Below, one piece after another: positions 20,901 through 27,460 of a stretch of DNA of 64,000 bases. The stretch is taken from assembly GCA_002423205.1 (NCBI GenBank), contig DIUZ01000020.1:39480-103479 (forward strand), in the 5' to 3' direction. Numbering within the stretch: position 1 is the first letter of the stretch; the number at the start of each line of letters is the position of its first letter. Under the pieces are notes generated by a model that was given only the letters and a program-made list of their open reading frames with translations, was not told where the DNA came from and did no database searches. The DNA comes from Micavibrio sp. UBA6145 (GTDB taxonomy: Bacteria; Pseudomonadota; Alphaproteobacteria; Micavibrionales; UBA1664). The position numbers and the translations under genes are program-made.

Positions 20901-21926
20901 ACACTCGTGATGGGCGGTACCGGTTCTATCAGTCTTTCGTCGGGTAAGGATGCAGGCGGATTGTACAGTGACTTCATCTGGGACAATGGCGGCCGCTACG
21001 TTACGCCGAATGCGAATATTTCCGCTTTCTATCTGGCTGGTTTCCGTGACATCACAATTGCACGTGATATCACGGCAACCAGTCATGTTTACCTGAAGGC
21101 CGACCGTAACGTTACGATTGCCAGCGGCACGACGGTCCGGGCAGGTACGACGACCAAGCTTACCGCGGCCAATAGTGATGTAAACGCGCAAGGCGTTATC
21201 CGTGTTGATGGGACGCTGTATTACGGCGGCAGCGGAGAGTTGACATTCCGGAGCGGTTTGGATTCCAGCGGCAACCGCGTTGACCTGGATCTGGGCAGCA
21301 GCAACTTTATCAAGAATGCCGGTGCAGGATATTCCGAGGTTGAGATCAAGGGCTTCCGTGACGTAACCATTCCGGTCAGCCTGTCTTCATCGTCGACGAT
21401 ATTGCTTGAGGCTTACCGCACGCTGACGCTGGACGCGGGCGCTACGCTGAGCAGTGCCACCGGCACAACCGTTTACGCTAAAGACGCCTTTGTAAACAAT
21501 GCCGGCGCAGGCGTATTTGGCGGGGCGGGGCGCTGGCTGGTGTACAGCACATCGGCGCAGAAAAACGTCAATGGTGGTTTGGCTTACGGTTTTCAGGCAT
21601 TTAGCTGTACATATGGCGCAAGCTGCGCCGGGCTTTCGGGCAGCGGCAGTGGCTTCATTTATACAATCAGTGATCCAGACAGCATCCTGGCCAGAATCCG
21701 TAATATTACGGGCGGTGGATTGCCGGATACGATTGTCCGCACCTCGCAGAATTTCAGCGCCAATCATGCGGCCACGCCCGGTACATCGACGACACCGTCC
21801 AATTTTGGCAGCAATGTAATAGTCAATGCGGTATCACCCGCGGGCGGTTACGTGCAGACCGATTACATGCTGACATTCTCGCCGGATCTGGCACAGCGTT
21901 TCGAGCTTGAAGAGTGGTTGTTCTGA
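14952..21926 (+). CDS. Very large TpsA exoprotein: filamentous-haemagglutinin-type TPS secretion domain, long beta-helical repeat region and an unknown C-terminus
   Basis: 2324 aa with a signal peptide (…SAFMPHAHA/NP). TPS domain at aa ~28-150 (ITQHSDKAIIDWRGFDIAHDETTNFYQPSSSSIIVNRV...GRLNANGNVIIINQNGLVFG). Then Gly/Thr/Asn/Ser-rich repeats follow. Confidence 0.85.
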   Translation: MELRRQLLTTSALSVMVASAFMPHAHANPIDGVVSAGSADIASNGKTLDITQHSDKAIIDWRGFDIAHDETTNFYQPSSSSIIVNRVHSSQASQIDGRLNANGNVIIINQNGLVFGAGAVVDVHGLVVSTSDLDNTAFMTNAPVRFTQPGNVNAAIVNHGTITAHDAGLVGFVAPHVENHGVITANLGRVHLATGDKATVDFYGDGLMEVEASDSLQNQILNQTGTIIADGGKIALSASAGGEVVTSIINAQGTIRAQSVGVHNGEIVIGAKKNGKSKVNIAGSVDASSATGKGGKITVTADHIALKPTANLNASGLTGGGTIKVGGDRHGQGATPNAKTLTVEQGSYIANNALDLGDGGETVLWSDLVTYFAGGISGTGGANGGDGGFVEVSGKDHLEYQGHVDLSANEGYDFGNLLLDPSDIIISSGGDTGGSFTSGTYTASAGASVINTATLQSQITAANVTISTAGGTGGNGDITFANSVAFTTTSRTLTLNADRDIVFNASAAWTAGNGGFTMTAARDILFNANVSANGSGSLSAIAQRNVTVGNGVTVRSASSGGTILRAAGGVITNTGVLTNNGIISVGTGTLSLISGLDTLGERADISLDGVNLLYTGATTGSTGVTGFRDVTIGRNFSATGSLTIQAERHLTINSGVTLSTTSTGNINLKASNTAGINGLGYLSNSGTVSAGTGSFTLASGVDGSGNRPDLVLNSSLYSTGATVTGVGVTGFRDITVARNFTSTGSITISAERDLTINTGTALTAGTAGSMLLKAAATSIANAGVLTLNGSLTLGTGTLNLQSGLDTLGNRADLVLNGTNTSIIGANVGTTVITGFRDVTVNRNLISALSVNISAERNLTIGSGITVATGAAGGMTLRASTTAGIGGTGVLNNNGTVSTGTGTFVLLSGLDTLGERVDLNLNNATWVSQGASHTGISLTGFRDITVNRDFTTTGSITMSAERHFTNNANLTSGAASSMLLRAASSSVANIGLWSNTGTITAGSASLALQSGRDSLGNRVNLNLNNTSDLVFQGASFTGVTITGFGDVVVNRDITSTGSITIAAEGSITNNAVVTTGAAGALSFRAATSSVANVGTWTNNGTLSVGTGTLTISAGADGSGGRQDLVLNNGFVTRQGANFGSFTAVGFRDITLNTDILSAGSVNLTAERNLTVNSAVTTSLTGALHLRAAGALVTNQGVLTLNAPISTGSSTLVLLTGLDTTGNATTDLLINNALLTTQNATVGSINISGFRDLTIDRAFNSTGSVTLTSLRDLNVNGPITSSTTSNLTYTAGRDLVIGASQTLTNSTSTADIAFLAGRHLTINSGAVIKSGLIGATTIRAANAVLTNQGVLTINGTINASTGTTTLLSGLDLSGNRTADFTLSDATMTYQGAVQGALTVTGFRDVTVARNLTSSTTNITAERNLTINPGVSLTATTTGTFTFRAAGGLSTNTGTLVLSGATISVGTGALTLVSGMDESGNRTDLTLDNSNLTFQGANMAALSLSGFRDINLARDITIGGSSTITAERNLNVVTGATLTTNINTLVLRAAGNNTNNIGALTIDGNITTGAASITLVSGLNADGTRNDLTLSNSNFTLSGANMNALSISGFRDVTFARNIMFNGTLSVVAERNVNVNGGVNLTYGGTNITMSLRAGGATSVNEGAINIDGVLTAGTAGTLTLATGTDSTGARTQDLVLDSARYVMTGSDIGRLTVTGYRDITFASDFTFGNIISVIAERNLTVNSGVTLTGGPTQGFLLRAGGENSVNIGTLTLDGKIIFGSGGTFTLGSGFDNSGLTRGADLVLNSSNFAMRGATAGGLAISGFRDVTLNTNYNSASTINVVADRNLTIGNGVTLSSGGTGSMILAAGGTDGVNAGILTNNGTVRVVGALFAQSGANSLDAGADFVWDGVRYSMLNSSLSGGVTVKGFRDAIFSANISATGHSDITAQRDVIIDSGVMYNVVGNWNFTAAAANNVTQNRGQFINNGTLVMGGTGSISLSSGKDAGGLYSDFIWDNGGRYVTPNANISAFYLAGFRDITIARDITATSHVYLKADRNVTIASGTTVRAGTTTKLTAANSDVNAQGVIRVDGTLYYGGSGELTFRSGLDSSGNRVDLDLGSSNFIKNAGAGYSEVEIKGFRDVTIPVSLSSSSTILLEAYRTLTLDAGATLSSATGTTVYAKDAFVNNAGAGVFGGAGRWLVYSTSAQKNVNGGLAYGFQAFSCTYGASCAGLSGSGSGFIYTISDPDSILARIRNITGGGLPDTIVRTSQNFSANHAATPGTSTTPSNFGSNVIVNAVSPAGGYVQTDYMLTFSPDLAQRFELEEWLF
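16412..21560 (+). repeat. In-frame array of ~16 diverged tandem super-repeats (~103-107 aa each) inside tpsA
   Basis: G-[FY]-[RG]-D anchor codons lie at 16827, 17139, 17451, 17766, 18075, 18381, 18690, 19146, 19458, 19767, 20088, 20409, 20721, 21039 and 21351. The spacings are 312, 312, 315, 309, 306, 309, 456, 312, 309, 321, 321, 312, 318 and 312 nt. Unit consensus is roughly GFRD(I/V)T(V)xR(N/D)(F/I)TSTGSITISAERNLTINSG... . DNA identity between units is only ~60% by eye. Confidence 0.8.
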
Positions 21927-22144
21927 GGCACAAAGGGGTACTTGGGACCGATTTCGAAGACCGTTCATTCCCACCTAATAAAAGAGTGATAATGTATATT
22001 ATGGGAAATAATGGATTAGGTTTGTCAGGGGGTGTGTCCATCCTGTAACAGCCGGTTCTCCGGCGTTATCTCGCGCTTTTGCCTTTGCGCCGACGCAATC
22101 ACAGCCTAAAACCACGATATCAATTCTATCAGGAGTCTTTCTTC

Positions 22145-22621
22145 ATGCGTTTTGGTTTTCTGGTTCTGGCGGTGTCCGCATCAATGTCATTCGCGTCGTT
22201 TGCGGATGCGCACGAATATAAGGCTGGCGATCTGTTCATCGCGCATCCGGCCATCAATGCGACGCCGTCCGGTGCCAAGGTCGCTGTCGGCTATTTCACG
22301 ATCAAAAATAATGGCAGCGCTGATGATGTGCTTCTGGGCATCGATACGCCGGGCTTAACCAAGCGCACCGAGATCCATTCCATGACCATGGACGGCGGCG
22401 TCATGAAAATGCGCAAGCTTGAGACGTTAACAATTCCGGCTGGCCAGGAAACAAAGCTGTCGCCGTCGGGCAATCACGTGATGTTCATGGACCTGGATAA
22501 AGCCGTTACGGCGGAGGATGAGTTCGAAGCCACGCTGCATTTCAAAAATGCGGGCGCTGTGAAGGTTTTGTTTGCCGGTGAGCCGATGGGCAGCGCGCCA
22601 GCCATTCACGCGCATCACTGA
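22145..22621 (+). CDS. Periplasmic copper chaperone PCu(A)C (DUF461 family)
   Basis: The ORF track starts at 22079. I prefer the ATG at 22145, preceded by CAGGAG, which gives a signal peptide (MRFGFLVLAVSASMSFASFADA). The mature part has H...M...HxM-type Cu(I) ligands (TEIHSMTMDGGVMKMR, GNHVMFM). Confidence 0.8.
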   Translation: MRFGFLVLAVSASMSFASFADAHEYKAGDLFIAHPAINATPSGAKVAVGYFTIKNNGSADDVLLGIDTPGLTKRTEIHSMTMDGGVMKMRKLETLTIPAGQETKLSPSGNHVMFMDLDKAVTAEDEFEATLHFKNAGAVKVLFAGEPMGSAPAIHAHH

Positions 22622-22641
22622 TAGGAATATCCATAGGAATT

Positions 22642-22671
22642 AAAACCGGGGCTTTTTGCAGCCCCGGTTTT
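22642..22671. terminator. Bidirectional rho-independent terminator between convergent genes
   Basis: AAAACCGGGGC-TTTTTGCA-GCCCCGGTTTT, a perfect GC-rich stem flanked by an A-tract and a T-tract. Confidence 0.65.
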
Positions 22672-22672
22672 C

Positions 22673-23029
22673 TTATACGGATACGCAGTTTGCGCCGAGT
22701 TTGCAGGATAATTCGACCGCGCCGATATAATATGCTGGTGAAATCAGCGCGTAAGCGATGCCGATACCCAGCGTACGCCGCCAGCTATCCGTGGTGTTTT
22801 TGGTGATAATCAGGCCCGGCAGGAAATAGATCAGGAATGCCAGGAAACGTGATGGATTGCCGCCGGATACGGAAATGGCGCTGCCGGCTGCCAGGGTTTC
22901 GACCACGGCCATGATCAGCATGGGCAAAGCCAGGACCATGATGTAGAAGCCGAGTTTATAGGTATAGGATCGTTCAAATGTGCTCATATACAGCCAACGC
23001 AGGTGGGGCTTTTTATGTTCCGCCGGCAT
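22673..23029 (-). CDS. Small hypothetical membrane protein (about 3 TM segments)
   Basis: 118-aa ORF with an alternative ATG at 22987. Hydrophobic segments (FYIMVLALPMLIMAVV, FLAFLIYFLPGLII, GIGIAYALISPAYYIGAV). I recognise no family. Confidence 0.45.
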   Translation of the reverse strand: MPAEHKKPHLRWLYMSTFERSYTYKLGFYIMVLALPMLIMAVVETLAAGSAISVSGGNPSRFLAFLIYFLPGLIITKNTTDSWRRTLGIGIAYALISPAYYIGAVELSCKLGANCVSV

Positions 23030-23043
23030 GCTAGTCTAACACC

Positions 23044-23853
23044 ATGACCGACACCCCTATTGATCCGAAATCCGGTATCCAGTCCCTTCTCAACGTCATG
23101 GCGCGTTTGCGTAATCCTGACGGCGGTTGCCCGTGGGATCTTGAGCAGACGTTTGAAACCATCACGCCGTATACGATCGAAGAAGCCTATGAAGTGGCCG
23201 ACGCGGTTGAGCGCGGTGACATGAAAGACTTCAAGGAAGAGCTTGGTGATCTGTTGCTCCAAGTCGTATTCCAAAGTCAGATCGCGAACGAACAAGGTAT
23301 TTTTGATTTTGACGCGGTCGCGCGCGCCGAGGCCGACAAACTGGTCAGCCGCCATCCGCATGTATTTGGCGACCAGAGCGCCAAGGATTCTGCGGCGGTC
23401 ATGGATATCTGGAACGCGCAGAAGGACAAGGAAAAGAAAGACAAAACCACGCATCTGCTGGATGCAATCACACGCGGGCTCCCTGCCCTTATGCGTGCGC
23501 AGAAAATTCATCGCAAGGTGGCTAAAGTCGGGTTTGACTGGCCCAGGGTGGACGATGTTTTCGCCAAGCTGGACGAAGAAGTGGCGGAATTGCGTGAAGC
23601 GGCGGTGCAAGGTGATGCAAAACACATTGAGGAAGAGCTTGGGGACATCCTGTTTGTAAGCTGTGTACTGGCCGAACATCTGGGTGTGGACGCTGAAACG
23701 GCGCTGCGCTCAGCCAATAATAAATTTATACGTCGTTTCAATGGTGTAGAAGATCTTCTTAAGGCGAATTCTCAGGAATTGGGCAAGGCCAGCCTTGAAG
23801 ACATGGATGCGCACTGGAATACCGTCAAAAAAGACGAAAAAAGCGCCGCATAA
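23044..23853 (+). CDS. mazG: Nucleoside triphosphate pyrophosphohydrolase MazG
   Basis: 269 aa with tandem MazG domains (GCPWDLEQTFETITPYTIEEAYEVADA ... EELGDLLLQV; EEVAELREA...EELGDILF). Confidence 0.9.
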   Translation: MTDTPIDPKSGIQSLLNVMARLRNPDGGCPWDLEQTFETITPYTIEEAYEVADAVERGDMKDFKEELGDLLLQVVFQSQIANEQGIFDFDAVARAEADKLVSRHPHVFGDQSAKDSAAVMDIWNAQKDKEKKDKTTHLLDAITRGLPALMRAQKIHRKVAKVGFDWPRVDDVFAKLDEEVAELREAAVQGDAKHIEEELGDILFVSCVLAEHLGVDAETALRSANNKFIRRFNGVEDLLKANSQELGKASLEDMDAHWNTVKKDEKSAA

Positions 23854-23951
23854 AGGGTCATGATCCGCGGGTGCCCCTATCGCCCGCAAACCCGCCCCTC
23901 GCCTCGGTTTTGCGGCTTTTAGATATGCGTGAGGGGGGTAGTTTCCAGGCG

Positions 23952-25226
23952 TTAGCCTTCGGCCTTACGGCTGATGTTGAAACGGGCGTAATCGGCGTCC
24001 CCGAGCATCACTTTCAGGTACCGTATGGCACCGCGTGTCCGGTCGGATTTGATCTCGCCGTGGCGGTGCAGCCATGACAGCCATTTGCCGTCGCTGATGG
24101 GCAGCTTGATCGCGTATTCGGTACGGTCTTTATCCAGATAAGTCTTGATGTGATCCATCAGTTCTTCAAGCCCGGTGCCCTCAACGGCCGAGACAGCCAC
24201 GCCCTTGGTGTTGCGACGCCATTCCTTGGCTTCCTTGGCGGGTAGACGATCGACCTTGTTGTAGACGTCCAGAATGTTTTCAGCGTCCGGATCGACGCCC
24301 AGCTGTTCCAAAATTTCCAGAACGTCGTTACGGCGCAGGACATGTTCGGGGTCGCTGATATCCTGCACGTGGAGGATGATTTCAGCCTGTGTCACCTGTT
24401 CCAGCGTGGCACGGAAAGCCGCAACAAGTTGGGTGGGCAGGTCGGTGATGAATCCGACTGTATCGGACAGGACAATCTTGCGGCCGCCCGGCAGCGTGAT
24501 GGCGCGGGTGGTGGTATCCAGCGTGGCGAAGAGCATATCCTTCACCAGAACATCCGCCTTGGTCAGTTTGTTGAACAGGGTGGACTTGCCGGCGTTGGTG
24601 TAGCCGACGATGGCGACCAGCGGGAACGGCACCTTTTCACGCGCCTTACGTTGCAGGTCGCGGGTGTTGCGGACATGTTCGAGCTGCTTTTTGATCTGGG
24701 CAATTTTGTCGGCGATGATACGGCGATCCAGTTCGATCTGGGTTTCGCCGGGACCGCCGGTTTTTCCCGTGGCGCGTTGGCGTTCAAGGTGGGTCCATGA
24801 ACGAACCAGGCGGGAGCGCTGATAGCTCAGTGACGCGAGTTCGACCTGAAGTTTACCTTCCTTGGTGACCGCCCTTGCCCCGAAAATCTCAAGGATAAGA
24901 CCGGTGCGGTCGACAACCTTGGCATTCCAGGCTTTTTCAAGGTTGCGTTGCTGAACGGGTGACAGCGTGCCGTTGACGATGACGACGGTCGGTTTGTGTT
25001 CTTCAATCGCGATGGCGGCCTTGTCGACGCCGCCCTTTGAAATGAGCGTTGCCGGGCTCGGCGTGGCCACGTTTACGATCATGGCTTCCGCCACTTCCAT
25101 TTCAATGGCAGCGGCAAGGCCTACGGCCTCTTCCAGTTGTGCTTCGGGGTCACGCGATGTGGTGCCCGCGCCTTTGAGCACTGGGTGGACGACGATGCAC
25201 GTCAGTCCTGATTTTTTCTTACGCAT
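23952..25226 (-). CDS. hflX: GTPase HflX
   Basis: 424 aa with the HflX N-domain (LEIFGARAVTKEGKLQVELA) and G-domain motifs (GYTNAGKST, DTVGF, NKVD). Confidence 0.93.
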   Translation of the reverse strand: MRKKKSGLTCIVVHPVLKGAGTTSRDPEAQLEEAVGLAAAIEMEVAEAMIVNVATPSPATLISKGGVDKAAIAIEEHKPTVVIVNGTLSPVQQRNLEKAWNAKVVDRTGLILEIFGARAVTKEGKLQVELASLSYQRSRLVRSWTHLERQRATGKTGGPGETQIELDRRIIADKIAQIKKQLEHVRNTRDLQRKAREKVPFPLVAIVGYTNAGKSTLFNKLTKADVLVKDMLFATLDTTTRAITLPGGRKIVLSDTVGFITDLPTQLVAAFRATLEQVTQAEIILHVQDISDPEHVLRRNDVLEILEQLGVDPDAENILDVYNKVDRLPAKEAKEWRRNTKGVAVSAVEGTGLEELMDHIKTYLDKDRTEYAIKLPISDGKWLSWLHRHGEIKSDRTRGAIRYLKVMLGDADYARFNISRKAEG

Positions 25227-25252
25227 GGATTCGATCTAGGGCGTGCGGCTGT

Positions 25253-25510
25253 TTACGCAACGTCGCCTTCGGGATTGGTTGCTTCATCATCGTGCAGCTT
25301 GATCGGGCCACCCGGCATGATGGTCGAAATGGCGTGCTTGTACACCAGCTGGGGGCTGGCGTCGCGGCGCAGGAGCATCGAGAAATTATCAAACCAGGTA
25401 ACGACGCCCTGCAATTTTACGCCGTTGACGAGGAAGATGGTGACGGGGACTTTCTGCTTACGCAGGGCGTTCAGAAAGACGTCCTGAACGTTTTGGCCTT
25501 TTTCGCTCAT
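25253..25510 (-). CDS. hfq: RNA chaperone Hfq
   Basis: The ORF track start at 25519 is a TTG. The ATG at 25510 gives [47 protein letters not shown]..., a canonical Sm fold. Confidence 0.95.
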   Translation of the reverse strand: MSEKGQNVQDVFLNALRKQKVPVTIFLVNGVKLQGVVTWFDNFSMLLRRDASPQLVYKHAISTIMPGGPIKLHDDEATNPEGDVA

Positions 25511-25559
25511 TTGTTTCAAATCCTGATGTCGTTTTTATTATAATATTTTGCGTTTGGTT

Positions 25560-26216
25560 TTAGACCAGACCTTTTAGATAAGCAAGGCATTCCCTTGGAT
25601 TTTTAAAGGTCATTGCGGGGGATAGCGCCTCAATTTCCGCTAAAGGGGTCATGGTTAGGTTCTCGACGAAGACCGATACGGCCCCTGCCCCATGGGCGGC
25701 CTGAATATCAATTTCCGTATCACCGACGTACCATGTGCCCGCCGGTTTAATGCCTAACGCGCCGAGGGCCTGAAGAATTCCATCCGGGGCCGGTTTGCCG
25801 GGACCGTTGATTTCATCCGCACCGACGATGACCTTGAAATAATGGTCCCAGCCGGCCTGCGTGACTTCCTTGCGCAGGAATTCGCCGCGCTTGTTGGATA
25901 CCACACCCATGGGGATGTTCCGGCCTTTGATGTGGTCCATAAGGTCCGCCGTACCGTCGATGATAGTCATCATGCTCAGGTGGTTGGCGCGGACATGGTC
26001 CAGGTAGATTTTTTCGGCGTCCCGGGCGCGGTCACCGTACCATTTGGGGAAGATGTCTTTCATGGCCAGGCGAATGTTGCGGCGGGCATCGTCTTCGGTC
26101 CACAGAGTGTGACCAAGGGCGCGGCGGACTTCGTTATGCGCCTCGAATATCATGGGAAATGTGTCGACCAGCGTATTGTCCCAGTCGAACAGGATGGCGG
26201 AGGGAAGATTGCTCAT
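25560..26216 (-). CDS. HAD-superfamily hydrolase (phosphoglycolate-phosphatase-like)
   Basis: 218 aa with the DxD motif (ILFDWDNTLVDT), a Ser/Thr motif (VVSNK) and a late GD motif (YVGDTEIDIQAA). Confidence 0.75.
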   Translation of the reverse strand: MSNLPSAILFDWDNTLVDTFPMIFEAHNEVRRALGHTLWTEDDARRNIRLAMKDIFPKWYGDRARDAEKIYLDHVRANHLSMMTIIDGTADLMDHIKGRNIPMGVVSNKRGEFLRKEVTQAGWDHYFKVIVGADEINGPGKPAPDGILQALGALGIKPAGTWYVGDTEIDIQAAHGAGAVSVFVENLTMTPLAEIEALSPAMTFKNPRECLAYLKGLV

Positions 26217-27460
26217 GACGCCATGCGCTCTGCGCCCTCGCCGTCTTTCAGGGATTTAAGCTTGCGGTGCAGGGCAGTGCGGTCCATGCCGGCGAAGGAT
26301 GCAACCTGGCTGACATTGCCGTCGAAACGTTCCATGAGGTGTTCAAAATACCAGCGTTCAAAGCTTTCGCGCGCGGTACGCAGGTCGGTTGCCAGCCAGT
26401 CGGATGGTACAGGCGTGCCCTGGTTCTGGTTTGCGCTGGCTTCACTGGCCAGATGATGGGTTTTTAGTTCGTGCGTGTTTTCCAGCGCCATGCGTACGGC
26501 GGCCATGGCCATCAGGGCGCGGAGTTCGGCCACGTGTCCGGGCCAGTTGCGATGGCGCAGATTTGTCAGCGCTTCGTCCCCGACCGTGTAGCCGTCGCCG
26601 AGAATGCTTAAGGCCAGTTCGCCGATATCGCCGCGGCGTTCTTCAAGCGGCGGCAGGATGATGGATGCCACCGCCAGGCGTTCAAACAGGTCGGGCATGA
26701 CTTTGGCGTTTGGTGTGGATGTCGCCATGATGCGGGCATCAAGTTTTGCGTTTAGCCGCGCGAGCACAAAGGCCTGCATCTCGGCGGGCATCAGGTGGAC
26801 ATCCTGTAGCACAAGCGTACCCTCACCCGCGCGGGTAAAGGCGTCATTGAGGGTGTTGGTATCCAGCCCGGCGCAGCTTACCGAGATAAACGGTTTGGCA
26901 GAGCGCGGCGATTCCTGATGCATCCAGCGGGCCAGATGCGTGCGACCGGCACCCCACGGGCCGGTGATGAGAATGCGTGCTTCGCCGCTGGCGGCCTTGA
27001 GCGCCGCCTTTTGCACAGTCTGCATTTCCGGGGATATGGTGACCAGATGCGCGCCGCCTGCCGGTGCGTTGCGGCGCAGTGAACCGGATTCAAGGGCGCG
27101 GCGCACCAGATTGAGCAGACGATCGGTATTGAAGGGCTTTTCGATGAAATCATAGGCCCCAAGTTTGATCGCCTTGACCGCCATTTCAATATTGCCGTGA
27201 CCTGAGATCATGAGCACGGGCAGCGTGCGCGATTTCTTTTTCAGATCGGCCAGAATTTCCATGCCGTCACGGTCGGAATTTTCGAGCCAGATATCCAGGA
27301 TAACAAGATCGGGCATGCCATGCGCGGTGATTTCAGCGAAAGCAGCTTCGGAATGCGGTGCTTCGGCCACGGTGTAGCCTTCGTCGCCCAGAATTTCGCT
27401 GAGCAGAAAACGGATGTCTTTTTCATCGTCAACGATGAGGATTTTACCCTTGCTTGTCAT
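26213..27460 (-). CDS. ntrX: Response regulator NtrX (receiver + degenerate AAA+ + HTH)
   Basis: 415 aa with a receiver domain (ILIVDDEKDIR...DLVILDIWL...) and a C-terminal Fis-type HTH (NVSQVASFAGMDRTALHRKLK). It is overlap-coupled to ntrY. The Walker A region reads GPWGAGRT with no Lys. Confidence 0.8.
   Translation of the reverse strand: MTSKGKILIVDDEKDIRFLLSEILGDEGYTVAEAPHSEAAFAEITAHGMPDLVILDIWLENSDRDGMEILADLKKKSRTLPVLMISGHGNIEMAVKAIKLGAYDFIEKPFNTDRLLNLVRRALESGSLRRNAPAGGAHLVTISPEMQTVQKAALKAASGEARILITGPWGAGRTHLARWMHQESPRSAKPFISVSCAGLDTNTLNDAFTRAGEGTLVLQDVHLMPAEMQAFVLARLNAKLDARIMATSTPNAKVMPDLFERLAVASIILPPLEERRGDIGELALSILGDGYTVGDEALTNLRHRNWPGHVAELRALMAMAAVRMALENTHELKTHHLASEASANQNQGTPVPSDWLATDLRTARESFERWYFEHLMERFDGNVSQVASFAGMDRTALHRKLKSLKDGEGAERMAS

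Noticed and set aside
16412-21560. Regular ~312-nt periodicity that could be mistaken for a CRISPR-like or satellite array
   Set aside because: The period is in frame inside one long ORF. The units are only ~60% identical at DNA level and have no spacer/repeat alternation. It is a protein repeat, not a CRISPR array or a non-coding tandem repeat.
14952-21926. TpsA as a contact-dependent inhibition (CdiA) toxin
   Set aside because: I found no VENN/pretoxin boundary (only an unrelated VENH near the N-terminus), no recognisable nuclease or pore toxin domain, and no small immunity-like ORF downstream. I left it as a generic TpsA with an unknown C-terminus.
23854-23951. Possible terminator between convergent mazG and hflX
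   Set aside because: Only short imperfect stems (GCGGG...CCCGC) with no flanking T-tract. It is not convincing enough to annotate.
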